64,000 nt of DNA from Vicugna vicugna (taxonomy: Eukaryota). Shown piece after piece: positions 36,216-49,532 of the stretch. Where the stretch lies: contig MU063123.1 in assembly GCA_013265495.1 (NCBI GenBank), positions 124,001 to 188,000 on the forward strand, in the 5' to 3' direction. How positions within the stretch are numbered: the first letter of the stretch is position 1; each line of letters opens with the position of its first letter. Under the pieces are notes generated by a model. The model was not told the origin of the DNA and ran no database searches. It was given only the letters and a program-made list of their open reading frames with translations. The position numbers and the translations under genes were made by a program.

Positions 36216-38059
36216 CTCCTCCCGCCAACATGCTTCACCGTGGTGGTGGCACTGTCTCCGTGGCTGATTACAGTGTAAGGGGCATGAGCGATGGCTCCAT
36301 GGGTGTCTTGAAACTGCCGTTCCCTGATGCCTTCACCCCTCATGTTAACATCCCCCAGCTCCCAGTGAAATGATTAACCTTCTCGCCAGAGATTGTTCAT
36401 TCTTGTTTTACACCAGCGTGTTTCTGGCCTCAGTTCTTATCAGATAGCTCTCAATCTTTGCAAATTTTCTTGGTCCTGAGGACTTCCTCTCTGTCTGTCA
36501 GTCCTGACAGAATTCCTACCATGTGAAGCAACCCTATGAGGTGCCGTGAAGGGACCCCACACTGGGGCAGCTCTGTCAGCCCTCACTCACTCCAGCATTC
36601 CTTGAATGAACGTAACCCTCATTCTAGAAATCACCTTAAAAAATAAACAAAAAAACCGTGTGTGCAGCTGAATGGAACACTTGAGATGAAAGAAACTTCT
36701 TAGAGGAAAAGAAAATGCATAAACTTACTTGACCCCAAAGTCCTTTTCCTTGGCCTGCCCCCAGGACTGTGCCGAAACCAAAAGTGACCACCTACATCTC
36801 ACCCTCCGCCTTCCTTCCTGTCTATCTATGTGGACGGTCAAGTTGAAAAGTCAGCGGGAAGCACTTAAAAACCACTACAGCTTCACCACACTCTTCATGC
36901 ATCGAGCATTCTTAGCTATGGGATAATGAAAAGACAGACACAAAATCTGTTTCCTTGCACTCACTTTCCAGAGCATAGATTGTGGGAGCGTTTTGGGCTA
37001 TGAGGACACACGCCTGTCTGTGCTCACAAACACACGTGTGATTATTTCTAAAGCAGGGACAGTGAAGTTATTATCTAATATTTGCATTCCAGACACTAAA
37101 ACAAGTGATTTTTGTCTCTATTTAGAGGTGGAGAGAGACACTTGCGTCAGGGTTAATGGTCGTCCTTTGACCTGTGGCTTTGTGGGTGGCCTGAGTGGGC
37201 ACTGGGACTGAAGGTTTGCCCGAAGACAAGGGAGTAAAGGGGTAAGTAGGAGCCTGAGTTGAAGTTGAGCTCGAGGCTCTCCAAAAAGAAGCCTCTGAAG
37301 CGTATTTCTTCCTCGGCTAATTAAGCATGGACAGGGGATAGGGGAAAATGTGTGGCACCCAAGCAGCCATTTTTCCATTTTCTCTTACCTATGGCCAGGG
37401 CACAAGAATAGGGTGGGAGCAGGCCTGTCCATAAATAGTCTGGCTCTGGTTTAACAGAGACAGTTCCTTTCACTAGCACAGCTTTAGCATGTTCTAAAAA
37501 TGACAATGCCATCCAGTGTCAATAGTTCCAGGGAGACCCTTCATTCCTAGTTACAGCAATAAAGCCGCGGGTGGGTGGTCCCGCGACTGGTCGTCTTCAT
37601 TATCATTTCGCTGTGCTCTAGTGAGGCCCAGGGCGCTTCGGAACTCTCAGGCATTTTAAAGCCTTTCATGCAGTGGCGTGGCTTGACATTCATATTTATC
37701 TACCTCACTTGAGGGACCACAGAATCTCTATTCTTGGGATCCCCGTCTTTTGTGCGTTCAAGGTCACACCCCATTTGAGTGTGGATTGGAATATACCCTG
37801 AGAGCATCAAGCCATCATAACTTAACTCTGCAATCCAAATTCCTCCTGGGTACTCAAAGCTCTCTGCTTCTTGATTCAAAGTCAGAATGAAACCCAGAAT
37901 AATCTTGTCCAATTAAGATATTTGAGTTTATCTTAGAAATTTTATAATGTTGGGAAACTTTGGAAACTTTTCGAGTTGACTTGTCTCCTTTAAAAAATAT
38001 CTTTCAATGTTGGATTGATCAGCAAAGGTGGGCTTCTCTAAATCAGAAACCTGAGCACC

Positions 38060-38690
38060 ATAGCAACTCCTTTTCCTTCTTTTCTACAGTGGATAATCAA
38101 TTCTGAGCCTTTCTATTCATGAAGTATCTTTCAATCCCACACCTTCATCCTTATCCTAAACCTTGAAATTTGTTCCTCTCTATTCTGTGTCTAATCTGCT
38201 CCCAGGATGAATTTTCTAAAAATATAAGCCTGTGCATACCAGGTTCCCCACAGCTTTCAGTGTAATTGCCCACATTCTTGGGATAGCCTGGGAGGATCTC
38301 TGCCCCTGCCTACTTCAGCTTCCCTCAGGCGCCCACACCCACCTGCCCTCCAGCCAGATCTCTGAAAGGGCCTGGTTCCCTCACACAGCCCAGCTCGAGC
38401 GCCAGTTCTTCCCAGTCCAAGGTGTATTTTCTCCCATTCTCTTGGATAACTTCTATCTCTCCCTGAAAACTCAGCTTAAGCATCCTTACATTTACCCTGT
38501 TCTGTACCACCACCCCCCCATACGCTGCATAGCTCATGGTCCGCAAAATTGTCATGTTGATGAGCTGGGCTGTGTTTCCCACTGACATGAGCTCCTTGAG
38601 AGCAGGCACTGTACCTGTTCTTTCTCTGGATCCCCAGGGATTCCACAAAGCTGACCCATAGAGAGTGGCAAGTGATTGTTGAATCAAATA
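38060..38690 (+). mobile_element. L2 3' region
   Basis: Pyrimidine-rich L2 body ending catgagctccttgagagcaggcactgtacctg...gattgttgaatcaaataa. Confidence 0.6.
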
Positions 38691-38798
38691 AGCTTTGCTA
38701 AATCACACTCAAAATCATCTTTCAAGGTGATAGCACATAGTAAGAGCCTGAACCCATCAGGGTAATTAATAGCTTCTTATCACCCCTTGACATCATAG

Positions 38799-39228
38799 TG
38801 TTGCCGGAGAATAGGTTCTTGCCTCACGCAGGAAAGAGCAAGGCATAGTAAAGTGAAAGCAAGTTTATTTAGAGAGATATGCTCTCCATAGGCAGAGTGC
38901 GGGCCATCTCAGAAAGCAAGAGAGCAGCCACAAGGTGCAGAGTTGTTTATTTCTATAGGCTTTGTAATTTCATGTGCTAATGAACAGGAGGATTATTCCA
39001 GCTACTTTGGGGAAGGGTCAGAGGTTTCCAGGAATTGGGCCCCTGCTCACTTTGGGACCATTTATGGTCAACCTAGGAACTGTCATGGTGCCTGTGGGTG
39101 TGCCGTGAGGCTCGAGGTCTACTGGAAGTTGACTCTTCGGCCATCTTGGTTCTGACCAATTTGTCCTGTCCTCAGTTGTGGTCTCATTCCTTCAGTGGTT
39201 GTGCCCTGCCGCCCTCCCTCCTGTCTCA
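38799..39228 (-). mobile_element. ERV1-class solo LTR (430 bp)
   Basis: TG...CA termini, perfect 4-bp TSD ATAG (38795-38798, 39229-39232), minus-strand AATAAA near 38865. Confidence 0.8.
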
Positions 39229-40646
39229 ATAGGACGGACATCTGAAGTCCTACACACGAGACTGGGAGAGGTAGACATGGGAAGACCCCGGAAGGCCATG
39301 TGAGGGGAGGTGAGGGGCAGGTGCTGCTTCCCTCCGTGGCTCCCTGCATGCTGTCTGCTCCAGCACTGGTGGGTTGGTTTGCTTGCATTTACACTTAGTT
39401 TGCCATTTCCTCCTGAGGAGATGAGCACTGGCATCAGGCTTCTTCTCTCCTCCAAGGCCGTCGATGGTTCACGTGAGAATTTCATACCAAATGGCAGAAC
39501 GAGTCACAAGACCTCCACAGCCAGGAAGAAATGGTACAAGCAGGGTTTATCCTTAAAGGATAAAGGGAGCTCCCTAGCATTCACGGAGGTATTTCCATTG
39601 ATTACTTTATGAACAATGAAAAGGGATTCTTCCTCTCTTTCTGAGAGTGAGTTTGAGATGAAGCTGGATAAAGCATTCTGAGAAAGGAAGATAGGATAGA
39701 ATTTGCTTAAAGCCCAGATGGGCGATCTCCCCATGCGTGTTCCTCACCCTGCTCCCTGGGGCTTACCAGGTACATGCACACTGCTTCCTCTTCCTGGTCT
39801 TTAGGTGGCCTTTGTTTAAGCATTAGATGAATGTTTGCAAGTTATTTAAGCGATTTCCCACAATTTATTTCAAGCATTTACTGTAAGTGGCGTTAGGAAT
39901 TAAGTACAATGTAAACAAGAGATCACCTCCCTAAATGCACTATAGCCAGCATCAGTTTTATATTTTAAAGATGGGATAAAGCATAGTTCTTGAACCACCG
40001 CCAGCTCCTCAGAAAGGCCCTGGGTACACGGGAAATGCCTTCAAGGGCCCCTCCTAGTCCTGTCCAGAGAGGCTGCCCCTCAGTGTGGCCCCTGACCTGT
40101 TCCTCCCTCCAAAGACAGATTCTCCTTAAGACCCTTCCTGAGACACCTTTTCTAGGGTTCAACAGTGGAAGATGAAAAAAACCTGAGAATTTTTTAAAAT
40201 CCAAGGATATAAACTAAGTCTCTTACAAAACACCATTGTCCTCGTTCTCCAGTGCTGTAAGCAAACTCTGACTCACTTCCCCTCCTAGATAGGATTTCCT
40301 CTTGCATGCACTCCCAGCGCAGAGGGATTTTTTGAATGCCTTTGCCATTACCCCTGCTTCTGCAGTTCGTATCTCTTAATATTCTTAGGCCTTGCTGAAG
40401 GTGTTTCTAGCCACATGACACCATCTCCTTAGCTTTTGGCATTGCCCATACTGGCCTCGCTTCTAGGGTAGTCCCTGGGGATTAGTCACCAAGCACCTTT
40501 CTTAGGCTTCACTGGGCATAGATTACCTTGTCTCATGCTTCAGGAATCTCCATTGTCAGAACTCAGGCTCCCCCTAGCCTAGGCAGACAGGCCTACACAC
40601 CCCCCAAACCAGGGAGAGCCCTGTATCTTTCAGGAAGTATCAATTG

Positions 40647-41044
40647 CAGTTGACCTTCCATATCTACAGGGGATGGGTGCCAGGGCCCACCACAGATACC
40701 AAAATCTGCAGATGCTCAAGTCCCTTATAGAAGATGGAACTTGCTATTATGTATATAACATATACAGTAAAAATATATGTGTAATACTTACTGTACTTAC
40801 ATACTGACTTATGCACATCCTCCCACATACTTTAAATTAACTCTAGATTACTTATATACCTAATATAATGTAAATTCTATGTAAGTAGTTGTAAATACAA
40901 TGTAAGCACTACGTAAATAGTCGTCAGGCTGTGCCAAATTCAAGGTCTGCTTTCTGGAACTTTCTGGAATTTTTAAAAAATATTTTTGATCCATGATGGG
41001 TTGCACTCATGGATGCTGAACTTGCGGATACAGAGGGCCAACTG
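40647..41044 (+). mobile_element. MER2-like (TcMar-Tigger) MITE
   Basis: Imperfect TIRs CAGTTGACCTTCCATATC / GATACAGAGGGCCAACTG, right flank TA; cagataccaaaatctgcagatgctcaagtcccttata core. Confidence 0.85.
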
Positions 41045-41559
41045 TACATTTAGTGTCAGTCTGAACAAAAGTTACAATTTGGAAAGTAAGCAAGCCAAAC
41101 CTTGCTGGAGGACCCCACAGCAACACACCCATCCTAATCGTGTATTTAAATATTCTCCCATGATTGAGGCCAAACTAAGCTGTAGACTCTACTAAAGCCT
41201 CTCAAGGAGGTGGTCACTACTCTCTGAACATCTGTTCTTGCCGATTAATCGTCATGAAATACAAAAGACACCAATTATACGTATATAGATACGCCTATGA
41301 TCTATTCATATTTCACTCTGAGCCTTGTCAGGTAGTACCTGGGCTGTTTTCTTATGTTTTCCTTAGTGAGACAATTGCTGATGAGAATAATCATATGAAA
41401 GAGGCATGTCCATGTTATTCAACCTTACTACATTTTTCTGTGATAGATGGAAGAAAATACAAGCTTAGCTTTTAGTTTGTCGGACATCTTACATTTTAAT
41501 TGAGGAACACAGGGAGCAAACACAAGAAACAAACAAATGTGATCATTTTGGGTAATTCT

Positions 41560-43900
41560 AAGTGCCCTGAAATAGGGTGCTCGCTATAAGATAAAGCACC
41601 TGGGGAATGGGGCTGGAAGACAGGGCACTGCCTGAGCAGGGGCATGAGGAAGTCTCCTCCAAGGGGCATGTGAGCTGAAGCTAGAATGAAAGGGAGACTG
41701 GCACTCAAAGATCTGAGGGAAGAAGAGTCCTCCGAACTGTCAGGACAGCAGGTGCAATGATGAGATGAGAAAGAATGTGGCTGAAAGGACAGTGAGGCTG
41801 GAGGAAAGAGAGCAATAGGAAGAGGGGCTTCAGGGAGGTTAGAGCAGACAGCAGGCTCTGGATTACAGTGGCCACATTGAATTCATGTTAAGCATGATTA
41901 AAAGACATAGTAAGGGGGGAGGGTATAGCTCAGTGGTAGAGCTCATGCCTAGCATGCACAAGGTCCTGGGTTGAATCCTCAGTACCTCCATTAAATAAAT
42001 AAACCTAATCACCTCTCCTCAACCAAAAAAAAAGAAAGAAAGAAAGAAAGAAAAAAGAATTAAAAATAAAAATGAAAAAATAAAAGACACAGTAGAACTT
42101 TAGCAGGGGAGTGACATAAATCCGATTTATACTTTAGAAAAATTACTTCATCTACCCTGTGCAAGATAGACAATAGAGGGCAGGGAAACAATTAATTAGA
42201 GTGAGAGACCATGGGACATTGGACACTATGATTGTAGCAGCTGAGATGGTGAGATGTGGTCAGTCTGGAGATATATTTTAGAAATCGTACCATGGATATA
42301 GAGTTTGAAAGAAGGAGAAGAAATCAAAACGCCAAAGTCTTTAGCCAGACCCATTGAGTGAAAAATGATGCTATCTGTGGAAAAGAGGGAAAGCTTGGTC
42401 ATGTTGGAGAGGAAGTGATCCAAGGGGAGGAAAAAACTGAGTTCACTGTTGACACTGTTGATGGTGAGGTACCTGTTAGTCATCTGAGTGAGGATGCTGA
42501 GATAAGTATTTGAATCTGGAGCTCAAAAGGATATCAGAACTGGATAAATAAATGTCATGGTCAACAGCATAAAGATAAGTCTTAAATCTATGAGACTGGA
42601 TGATTAATTAGAGAGTCAAGAACAGAGTTCTGGGCACCCCAACACTTAGAGAAAAGTGGAGAGGAGGAGCCATGAGAGGGGCATAAGGCAGAGCCGCTGG
42701 GGTTGGAGTTCAGTCAAGCTAAGTAGCTTCCTGGAGGCTCAGGGAAGAAAGTACTTCCAGAGGGAGGAGATGTCACTCATGCTAAATGCTGCTGAGAGGT
42801 CTGGTGGGAGGCAGGCAGAGAGCTGTTTCCTGGTTTTGGCAGTGGTAACCTGGGTCAATTAAGGGGACACAAATTTGATTGGACTGGTTTTAAGAGAGAT
42901 TGAGAAGTGAGCAAAGGGAAAGGATAGTCATAACAATCATTTCAAAGCTTTTCCTCTGAAGGTAAGTCCAGAAATAAGGCTGCACCTAGAATGGGAAGAG
43001 TCGTCAAAAGACTGTTTTTTAACATGGATGCTATCGATTCTTGTTTATTGGCTGATGGAAGTGAATATAAGACATAGAAATTAAAGAAGAAAGAGAGAAA
43101 GGAAATAATTGCAGGAGCTCAAAGTCCTTGAGAAGAGAAGAGCACAAAGGGTGAGATTCAGATTGTAAATGGAGGACCTAGCCTTGGAGAGGAGCAGGTA
43201 TACGTCACCTAAAAGGAAGCAAAGTTTTTTCAGCCCAGTAACTTTCAGCTCCTGAGACCCAGCAAAGAATAAGTGGATAGGTAGGTCGAGCAAGTATTAG
43301 AATTTTAATAAGCATGCATGATAGATGAAGAAAGAAGCCCAGTTGTTAAGGACATTTGCAAAGGAGTGTTTATACTGCCAAGCTAAGAAAGGAAGTGAGA
43401 ATGTGTGTGGGGGAGGTGGTGGTGGTGGTGATGAATAGTGAAGGAGTGGAGGGAGGCCAATGGATTGTCAGTCGGGCTGGCGTCACAGTACTGTGGGAGG
43501 GGGTAGTAGAACCTTAGCAGGAGGGATAGGAGATGGTGGTCAAAGAGGGAGATGCATCAACTTGAGAGTTTGGAAGTTGTACAGTGATTGTTAATGACAA
43601 GGATATGGCCATGGGAGTGTATAGCTGACCTCTAGAGGAAAAGGTCTTTAGAGAAAAGGAGACCAAAGAAATGAGAGGCCTGGATGTTAGCTGGGTTATC
43701 AACATAGAGGATGAAGTCACCAGGAGTGATGTCAGTGGGGGAGAGGGCAGTGTGAGCAAGTTGCCCACGCCATCTCTGAATGACCAAGAGAACCCTGTGG
43801 GGTCAGTAAACTCAAGAAATGAGGAGTAATAAGTAATGAAGTCTGATGACACTTATTTCAAAGGAAGGTTTTGAGGAGGAAAGAGGAAGCAGGTAAGGGA
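41560..43900 (-). mobile_element. Long L2 remnant(s)
   Basis: Purine-rich antisense L2 hallmarks (tagaactttagcagggga, aactgagttcactgttgacactgttg, ggtcaacagcataaagat, catgctaaatgctgctgagaggtc). Confidence 0.7.
41913..42080 (+). mobile_element. Camelid tRNA-derived SINE (Vic-1-like), nested in L2
   Basis: GGGGAGGGTATAGCTCAGTGGTAGAG head, B-box GGTTGAATCC, (GAAA)n/A tail; TSD TAAAAGACA(T/C)AGTA (41899-41912, 42081-42094). Confidence 0.95.
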
Positions 43901-44877
43901 GCAAGGACACTGACTGCACCTCTAAGGCTTATGATATGTAAGGTGTAGAATAAAAACAGCTTCCTCGAATCTTTCCCAAAAGCAGGGTCCTCTGAACATC
44001 ACAAGTGTCACTGAAAGCAGGAAATTGATGGGAACTTTGAGGTGGGGAAAGAGAGCAAACTTCAAGTTTCTTAATATTTACCAAAGTTCATCGGGACAAC
44101 TAGCATGTACTCTGACCTATTGCTCCAGTGTCATCAGGGCTCTTTGCGGGGAGCCACAGACCTTCCGAGCATTCCACAGATCCTATGGTGTTTGTTTGCG
44201 GGGTCTCCTAGGAGTAAAGATCATACCATAGGGATGATCTGTCCAGGAGGTCAAGTGGCTCTGAAAGATTTATAATTGTAAACAGTGCTACAAAGCTGTC
44301 TGGAAAATGCCATCGTGTGGGACCCACGTAACACATGCTATAACCCAACCAAAAGTTACCATCAATGATGGAAAAGACCTTGTGGAATGCTGGGGACCCT
44401 GACAGCTACCTATCTGGCCAGACCTCTCTCCTGGACTGATCCTAACCACCTTAAGTTAAATATCATGTTTTTGAAGAACTCCACATGCAAAGGAAGAAAC
44501 ACAAAAGCTATTAGTTTTGAGGCCAGAAAAGTTAAATGTCCTAGGAAGGTTCTGAGCCATTTATTAAAGACACTTCAGTCTTCAAAGCCATCCTCCATTT
44601 TTACTTTGTGGTATTTTTATTAGAATAGTAATAGTTACTGCTCATGCTTAAATGAGTAATCTCAAGGTCATTAAAGTTTGTGGTAATAAGGCTATGAAAC
44701 TAGCTACATTTCATTGTTAAATTGTAGGGAAGATTTTGTAATATTTCAAACTGACAGAAAACAAGTGGCAGAATTTTGAGGAAGTATTCCCTCCTAGGTG
44801 GAGTATACAAAGCTTTAGTATAAAGGAAAAGATTTTGTCCAATTAGTTAAAAATTGGATTTCAAATGAAAGTGATTT

Positions 44878-45063
44878 NNNNNNNNNNNNNNNNNNNNNNN
44901 NNNNNNNNNNNNNNNNNNNNNNNNNNNNNNNNNNNNNNNNNNNNNNNNNNNNNNNNNNNNNNNNNNNNNNNNNNNNNNNNNNNNNNNNNNNNNNNNNNNN
45001 NNNNNNNNNNNNNNNNNNNNNNNNNNNNNNNNNNNNNNNNNNNNNNNNNNNNNNNNNNNNNNN
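44878..45063. other. Assembly gap (N run)
   Basis: N bases. Confidence 0.99.
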
Positions 45064-46523
45064 TAAATTAATTGATATATTCAGGCAAATGACCAGTTAA
45101 TTCAGTCAACTATTTGATTAAAAAATTCTGATTGAGTCAATGGATTTGATTACTTGAGTCTAAATGAACACATCATTTTTTTCTCTTTTTTCAGTTTTAT
45201 TAGGTAGAATTATTATAGTTCGACTGCACGTACATATTATATTGCATGTAAATATGTATAGACAGGATACTGCACATTCTTTTTAGTTTACATATATGTG
45301 CTAATTATTGTTTCTAAGAACAGATTAGATCTTTAGCTTTTTTAACTTACATAGTTATCAAAGGAATAAAGCCAACTACAAAATAAGAATCAACAGAATG
45401 AGATAATCCAATCATAAAGGACAGTCAAATGTGCTTACACATATTCAAGAAATCAGTCATCTTAGTTATAAATAATAAGTAGTTCAAATGAACCCATCAC
45501 CTTGATAGAGGCCTCTACTTGCTTTATAAGGATAAAAACTTTACATTAATTGGGTTAGACTCATTCAGACTAATTGAAGGGGGTTGATGATGTTTAATCC
45601 AAGTTTAAGAGAACAAATCGGCTATTTTAGAAAATGGTAAGAAACCAGAAGTGGGACCCAATATAAAGGTAATGGGCAACTGACATTTGTAATGATTTTA
45701 AAAAGAGAAAAAAGGGTTGGTGAAGCTAACTACGTTGTGATGATCCGAGAGCAATGTTCTCTCGTCCAAGGTCAGCGCAGACAGGAAAATCTGGTAGAGA
45801 AGTCAGCTGGCATGCGCACGCTGCGCTGCAGATTTCCCCCGTGAGCTACCCTGTCTCTTACTGTTCCTCTGTGGGTTTGGTTACATGTGCGACCACAGTC
45901 AACAGTAAATATCCATATTTGCTGACTGAGCCCTTTCCCATTTTGTGGTATATTAGAACTTACTTTCCTCAAATCTCCAGAAGCTTTCAACTCAAGTAAA
46001 TGGATAACTTTGGAGACTAAAAGAGATGTGAAATATATCACCTGGTAAATTCAAGGAAAGAAATTCATCTTTTCCATACCCCAGGGGTATACCGAGGCAT
46101 TCAAAGAGCTACTGGAGTTTAGGGATGAAGGAGAAGCCTAGGTGAAGTCTTCTAGGAAAGCCCAGCTGTTCTGACCTAAAAACAGAATTTCATTCATGAC
46201 TCTTACCATTGTACAAAAAGGTGTTCAAAGCCGTGATTAACTGCTTGCTGTCTGAGTTCTTTGTGTTTTCTGAGAGCAATCTGCCATGATTTTTAAAAAT
46301 CCCAATTAGGGTTTGTGAAAGAACTGTTCATTTTACTGGTAAGGCTTTGATATCTAAACATGTCCTTTTTACCTATGTATCTGTCCTATTTGAAGGCATC
46401 CCCAGAAAGGCTTTCTACTCTGGTTTGGTTTCATAGCATGAAGAGGCAGCATGCCTACCTGAATTAGACATTTACAGGTTGAAATCTTATGTTTTTTCAC
46501 CTATTAAATGGGGAAGATAACTC

Positions 46524-47543
46524 ATTTATTTATTTATTTAATTGAGTCAGTTTCTAGTGTACAGCATAATGTTTCAGTCATCCATATACATACATATATT
46601 TCTTTTCATATTCTTTTTCATTATAGGTTACTACAAGATATTAAATATAGTTCCCTGTGCTATAGAGAAGAAACTTGTTGTTTAATATATGTTACATACA
46701 GTAGTTAGTATCTGCAAATCTCAGACTCCCTTCCCACCCCTTTTCCCCACCATAAGTTTGTTTTCTATGTCTGTGAGTCTCTTTCTGGTTTGTAAATAAG
46801 CTCATTTGTGTCTTTTTTCAAGATTCCACATATAAGTGATATCATATGGTATTTTTCTTTCTCTTTCTGGTGTACTCCACTTAGAATGACCATCTCCAGG
46901 TCCATCCATGTTGCTGCAAATGGCATTATTTTATTNNNNNNNNNNNNNNNNNNNNNNNNNNNNNNNNNNNNNNNNNNNNNNNNNNNNNNNNNNNNNNNNN
47001 NNNNNNNNNNNNNNNNNNNNNNNNNNNNNNNNNNNNNNNNNNNNNNNNNNNNNNNNNNNNNNNNNNNNNNNNNNNCTTTATGAATTAGAGTTCCCTCTGG
47101 ATATATGCCCAGGAGTGGGATTGCTGGATCATATGGTAACTCTGTTTTTAATTTTTAAAGGAACCTCCATACTGTTTTCCATAATGGCTGCATGAAACTA
47201 CAGTCCTACCAACAGTGTAGGAGGTTCCCTTTTCTCCATACCTTCTCCAGTATTTATCATTTGTGGACTTTTTAATGATGGCCTTTCTGACTGGTATGAT
47301 GTGATACTTCAGTGATACCTCATTGTGGTTTTGACTTACATTTCTCTGATAATTAGCAATATTGAGCATTTTTTCATGTGCCTATTGGCCATTATTTGCA
47401 TTTCTTCATTAGAGAATTGCTTGTTTGGGTCTTCTGCCCATTTTTGGATTGGGTTGTTTGGTTTTTTGTTATTAAGTTTTTTGAGCTGTTTGTATATTCT
47501 GGAACTTAAGCCTGTGTCATTTGCATCATTTGCAAATATTTTC
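46524..47543 (-). mobile_element. 5'-truncated camelid-type L1 (ORF2 C-term plus 3'UTR)
   Basis: (TTTA)n tail, L1 3'UTR, ORF2 C-term remnants; TSD TAAAT(G/A)GGGAAGAT at 46505-46518 and 47544-47557. Confidence 0.95.
46936..47075. other. Assembly gap (N run) inside L1
   Basis: N bases. Confidence 0.99.
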
Positions 47544-47689
47544 TAAATAGGGAAGATCTCTCTTAAGTTATCTTCCAGGATGATCTAATATAAAGCATGA
47601 CCAGCCCCCAAAACATGGTAAGCACTCAATAAACATAGGTATTACTAGCATTATTGTATGAAACCATCTGTGGCACTATTGTAAAAACC

Positions 47690-48330
47690 TTCTAACTGGT
47701 TCACGGCTTCTGCTCTTCATCTCCTTTAGAGTAGTCAGAGTGACTTTTTTAAACATATAAATGAGATCATGTCATTCCCCTGCTTAAAACTTCCAGTGGC
47801 TGCCCACTGCTCTCAGAATAAACTCCCAGCATTTCACTGTGACCCACAGTGACACAGCACTTCCTCCATGATCTACCCCTGCTTACCTCTCTCATAGGAC
47901 TTCTCGCTCACTCTCTAATGTGATATCTCATGTCCTTCTGTTCCTCAGATGTGCCAAGATTATTCCTACCATGGTGCCTCTGCCCTTGTATTTCTTCTTC
48001 CAGGAACACTATTCTCCCAGATTAGCTGGCTCCCTTTCCGTGTCATTTAGGTCTTAGTTCTAAGGTTGCTTCCTTGAATAATCCTTCAAGTCAATCTTAA
48101 GTAGCTTTCCTCTTACCCTACAAACACTCTTCATCAGATGACTCTGCTTTATTTTCCTCAAAGCACTATTGCTATCAAAATTATCTTGTTAATTGATCTG
48201 ATAATTGTTTTATTTCCCAACTTCCCCCAGTAGAATGTAAACTCCATGAGAGCAAGATTTGCTGTTTAGCAAGTAATAGGTGCTCAGTAAACAGCTGCTA
48301 ACAAATGGATCGATGAGGGAGTGAATGCAC
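47690..48330 (+). mobile_element. L2 3' region
   Basis: gagatcatgtcattcccctgcttaaaacttccagtggctgccc...tagaatgtaaactccatgagagcaag...taggtgctcagtaaa. Confidence 0.65.
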
Positions 48331-48439
48331 TTATAAAATTCTTATGATCCTTAAAACAAAAATAAATTATATTTTAAGTAGGGTGTGGATATGTTTGTGT
48401 GTACAGGGCATAAAGATATTTAGGGGTTGTAGTGATAAA

Positions 48440-48525
48440 AAAATCAACAGTGACAATTCAAAAATGGGCAGAAGACCTAAACAAGCAGTTCTCCAATGAA
48501 GACATACAAATGGCCAATAAGAACA
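48440..48525 (+). mobile_element. L1 ORF2 fragment
   Basis: aattcaaaaatgggcagaagacctaaacaagcagttctccaatgaagacatacaaatggccaataag. Confidence 0.7.
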
Positions 48526-49007
48526 TTTAGTAGCCTTTCCCTAGAGGCCGGAGTCTTGGGGAACACTAAGGGAAGTGATCTGGCTTTGATATGTGTGCTT
48601 AGTTGAGACTAAATTAAGACTTAATACTCACTCTTCTTTCTAGCCATGATGGAACCCCAGACTCATATGGGCAATGATTAGAACAGGGGTGAAGATGAGA
48701 GGACCTCCATCTTCATTTCCTCAGGGTCCAATTCATTGAAAAGACAAATGAAATGGGAGGTTGTGCTGATCTGAGGAAGTCTGAGCTCTCCCATATTTCT
48801 GTCTTTCCAGGTAACCACGCAACCTCATCCTGGGGGATGGTAACACATAATTGGACTCTTTCCAACTCCTTAGAATAGAAGTTCATGGAAAGACACACGG
48901 ACATGTGTAGACCCATCTTCAGAAGGCCGTGTCTCCTGTCCAAGTACACACTGACCTCTGCCTTTTCAAAGGCAAAATTTGATCCATTAATGTTCTCCAG
49001 TGTTGGT

Positions 49008-49532
49008 NNNNNNNNNNNNNNNNNNNNNNNNNNNNNNNNNNNNNNNNNNNNNNNNNNNNNNNNNNNNNNNNNNNNNNNNNNNNNNNNNNNNNNNNNNNNN
49101 NNNNNNNNNNNNNNNNNNNNNNNNNNNNNNNNNNNNNNNNNNNNNNNNNNNNNNNNNNNNNNNNNNNNNNNNNNNNNNNNNNNNNNNNNNNNNNNNNNNN
49201 NNNNNNNNNNNNNNNNNNNNNNNNNNNNNNNNNNNNNNNNNNNNNNNNNNNNNNNNNNNNNNNNNNNNNNNNNNNNNNNNNNNNNNNNNNNNNNNNNNNN
49301 NNNNNNNNNNNNNNNNNNNNNNNNNNNNNNNNNNNNNNNNNNNNNNNNNNNNNNNNNNNNNNNNNNNNNNNNNNNNNNNNNNNNNNNNNNNNNNNNNNNN
49401 NNNNNNNNNNNNNNNNNNNNNNNNNNNNNNNNNNNNNNNNNNNNNNNNNNNNNNNNNNNNNNNNNNNNNNNNNNNNNNNNNNNNNNNNNNNNNNNNNNNN
49501 NNNNNNNNNNNNNNNNNNNNNNNNNNNNNNNN
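49008..49532. other. Assembly gap (N run)
   Basis: N bases. Confidence 0.99.

Noticed and set aside
45738-45860. Box C/D snoRNA (GTGATGA C box)
   Set aside because: No CTGA D box at a suitable distance and no terminal stem
10500-46550. Scattered AP-1 (TGAGTCA/TGACTCA) sites and weak CTCF-like motifs
   Set aside because: AP-1 count is near random expectation; CTCF candidates miss several core positions
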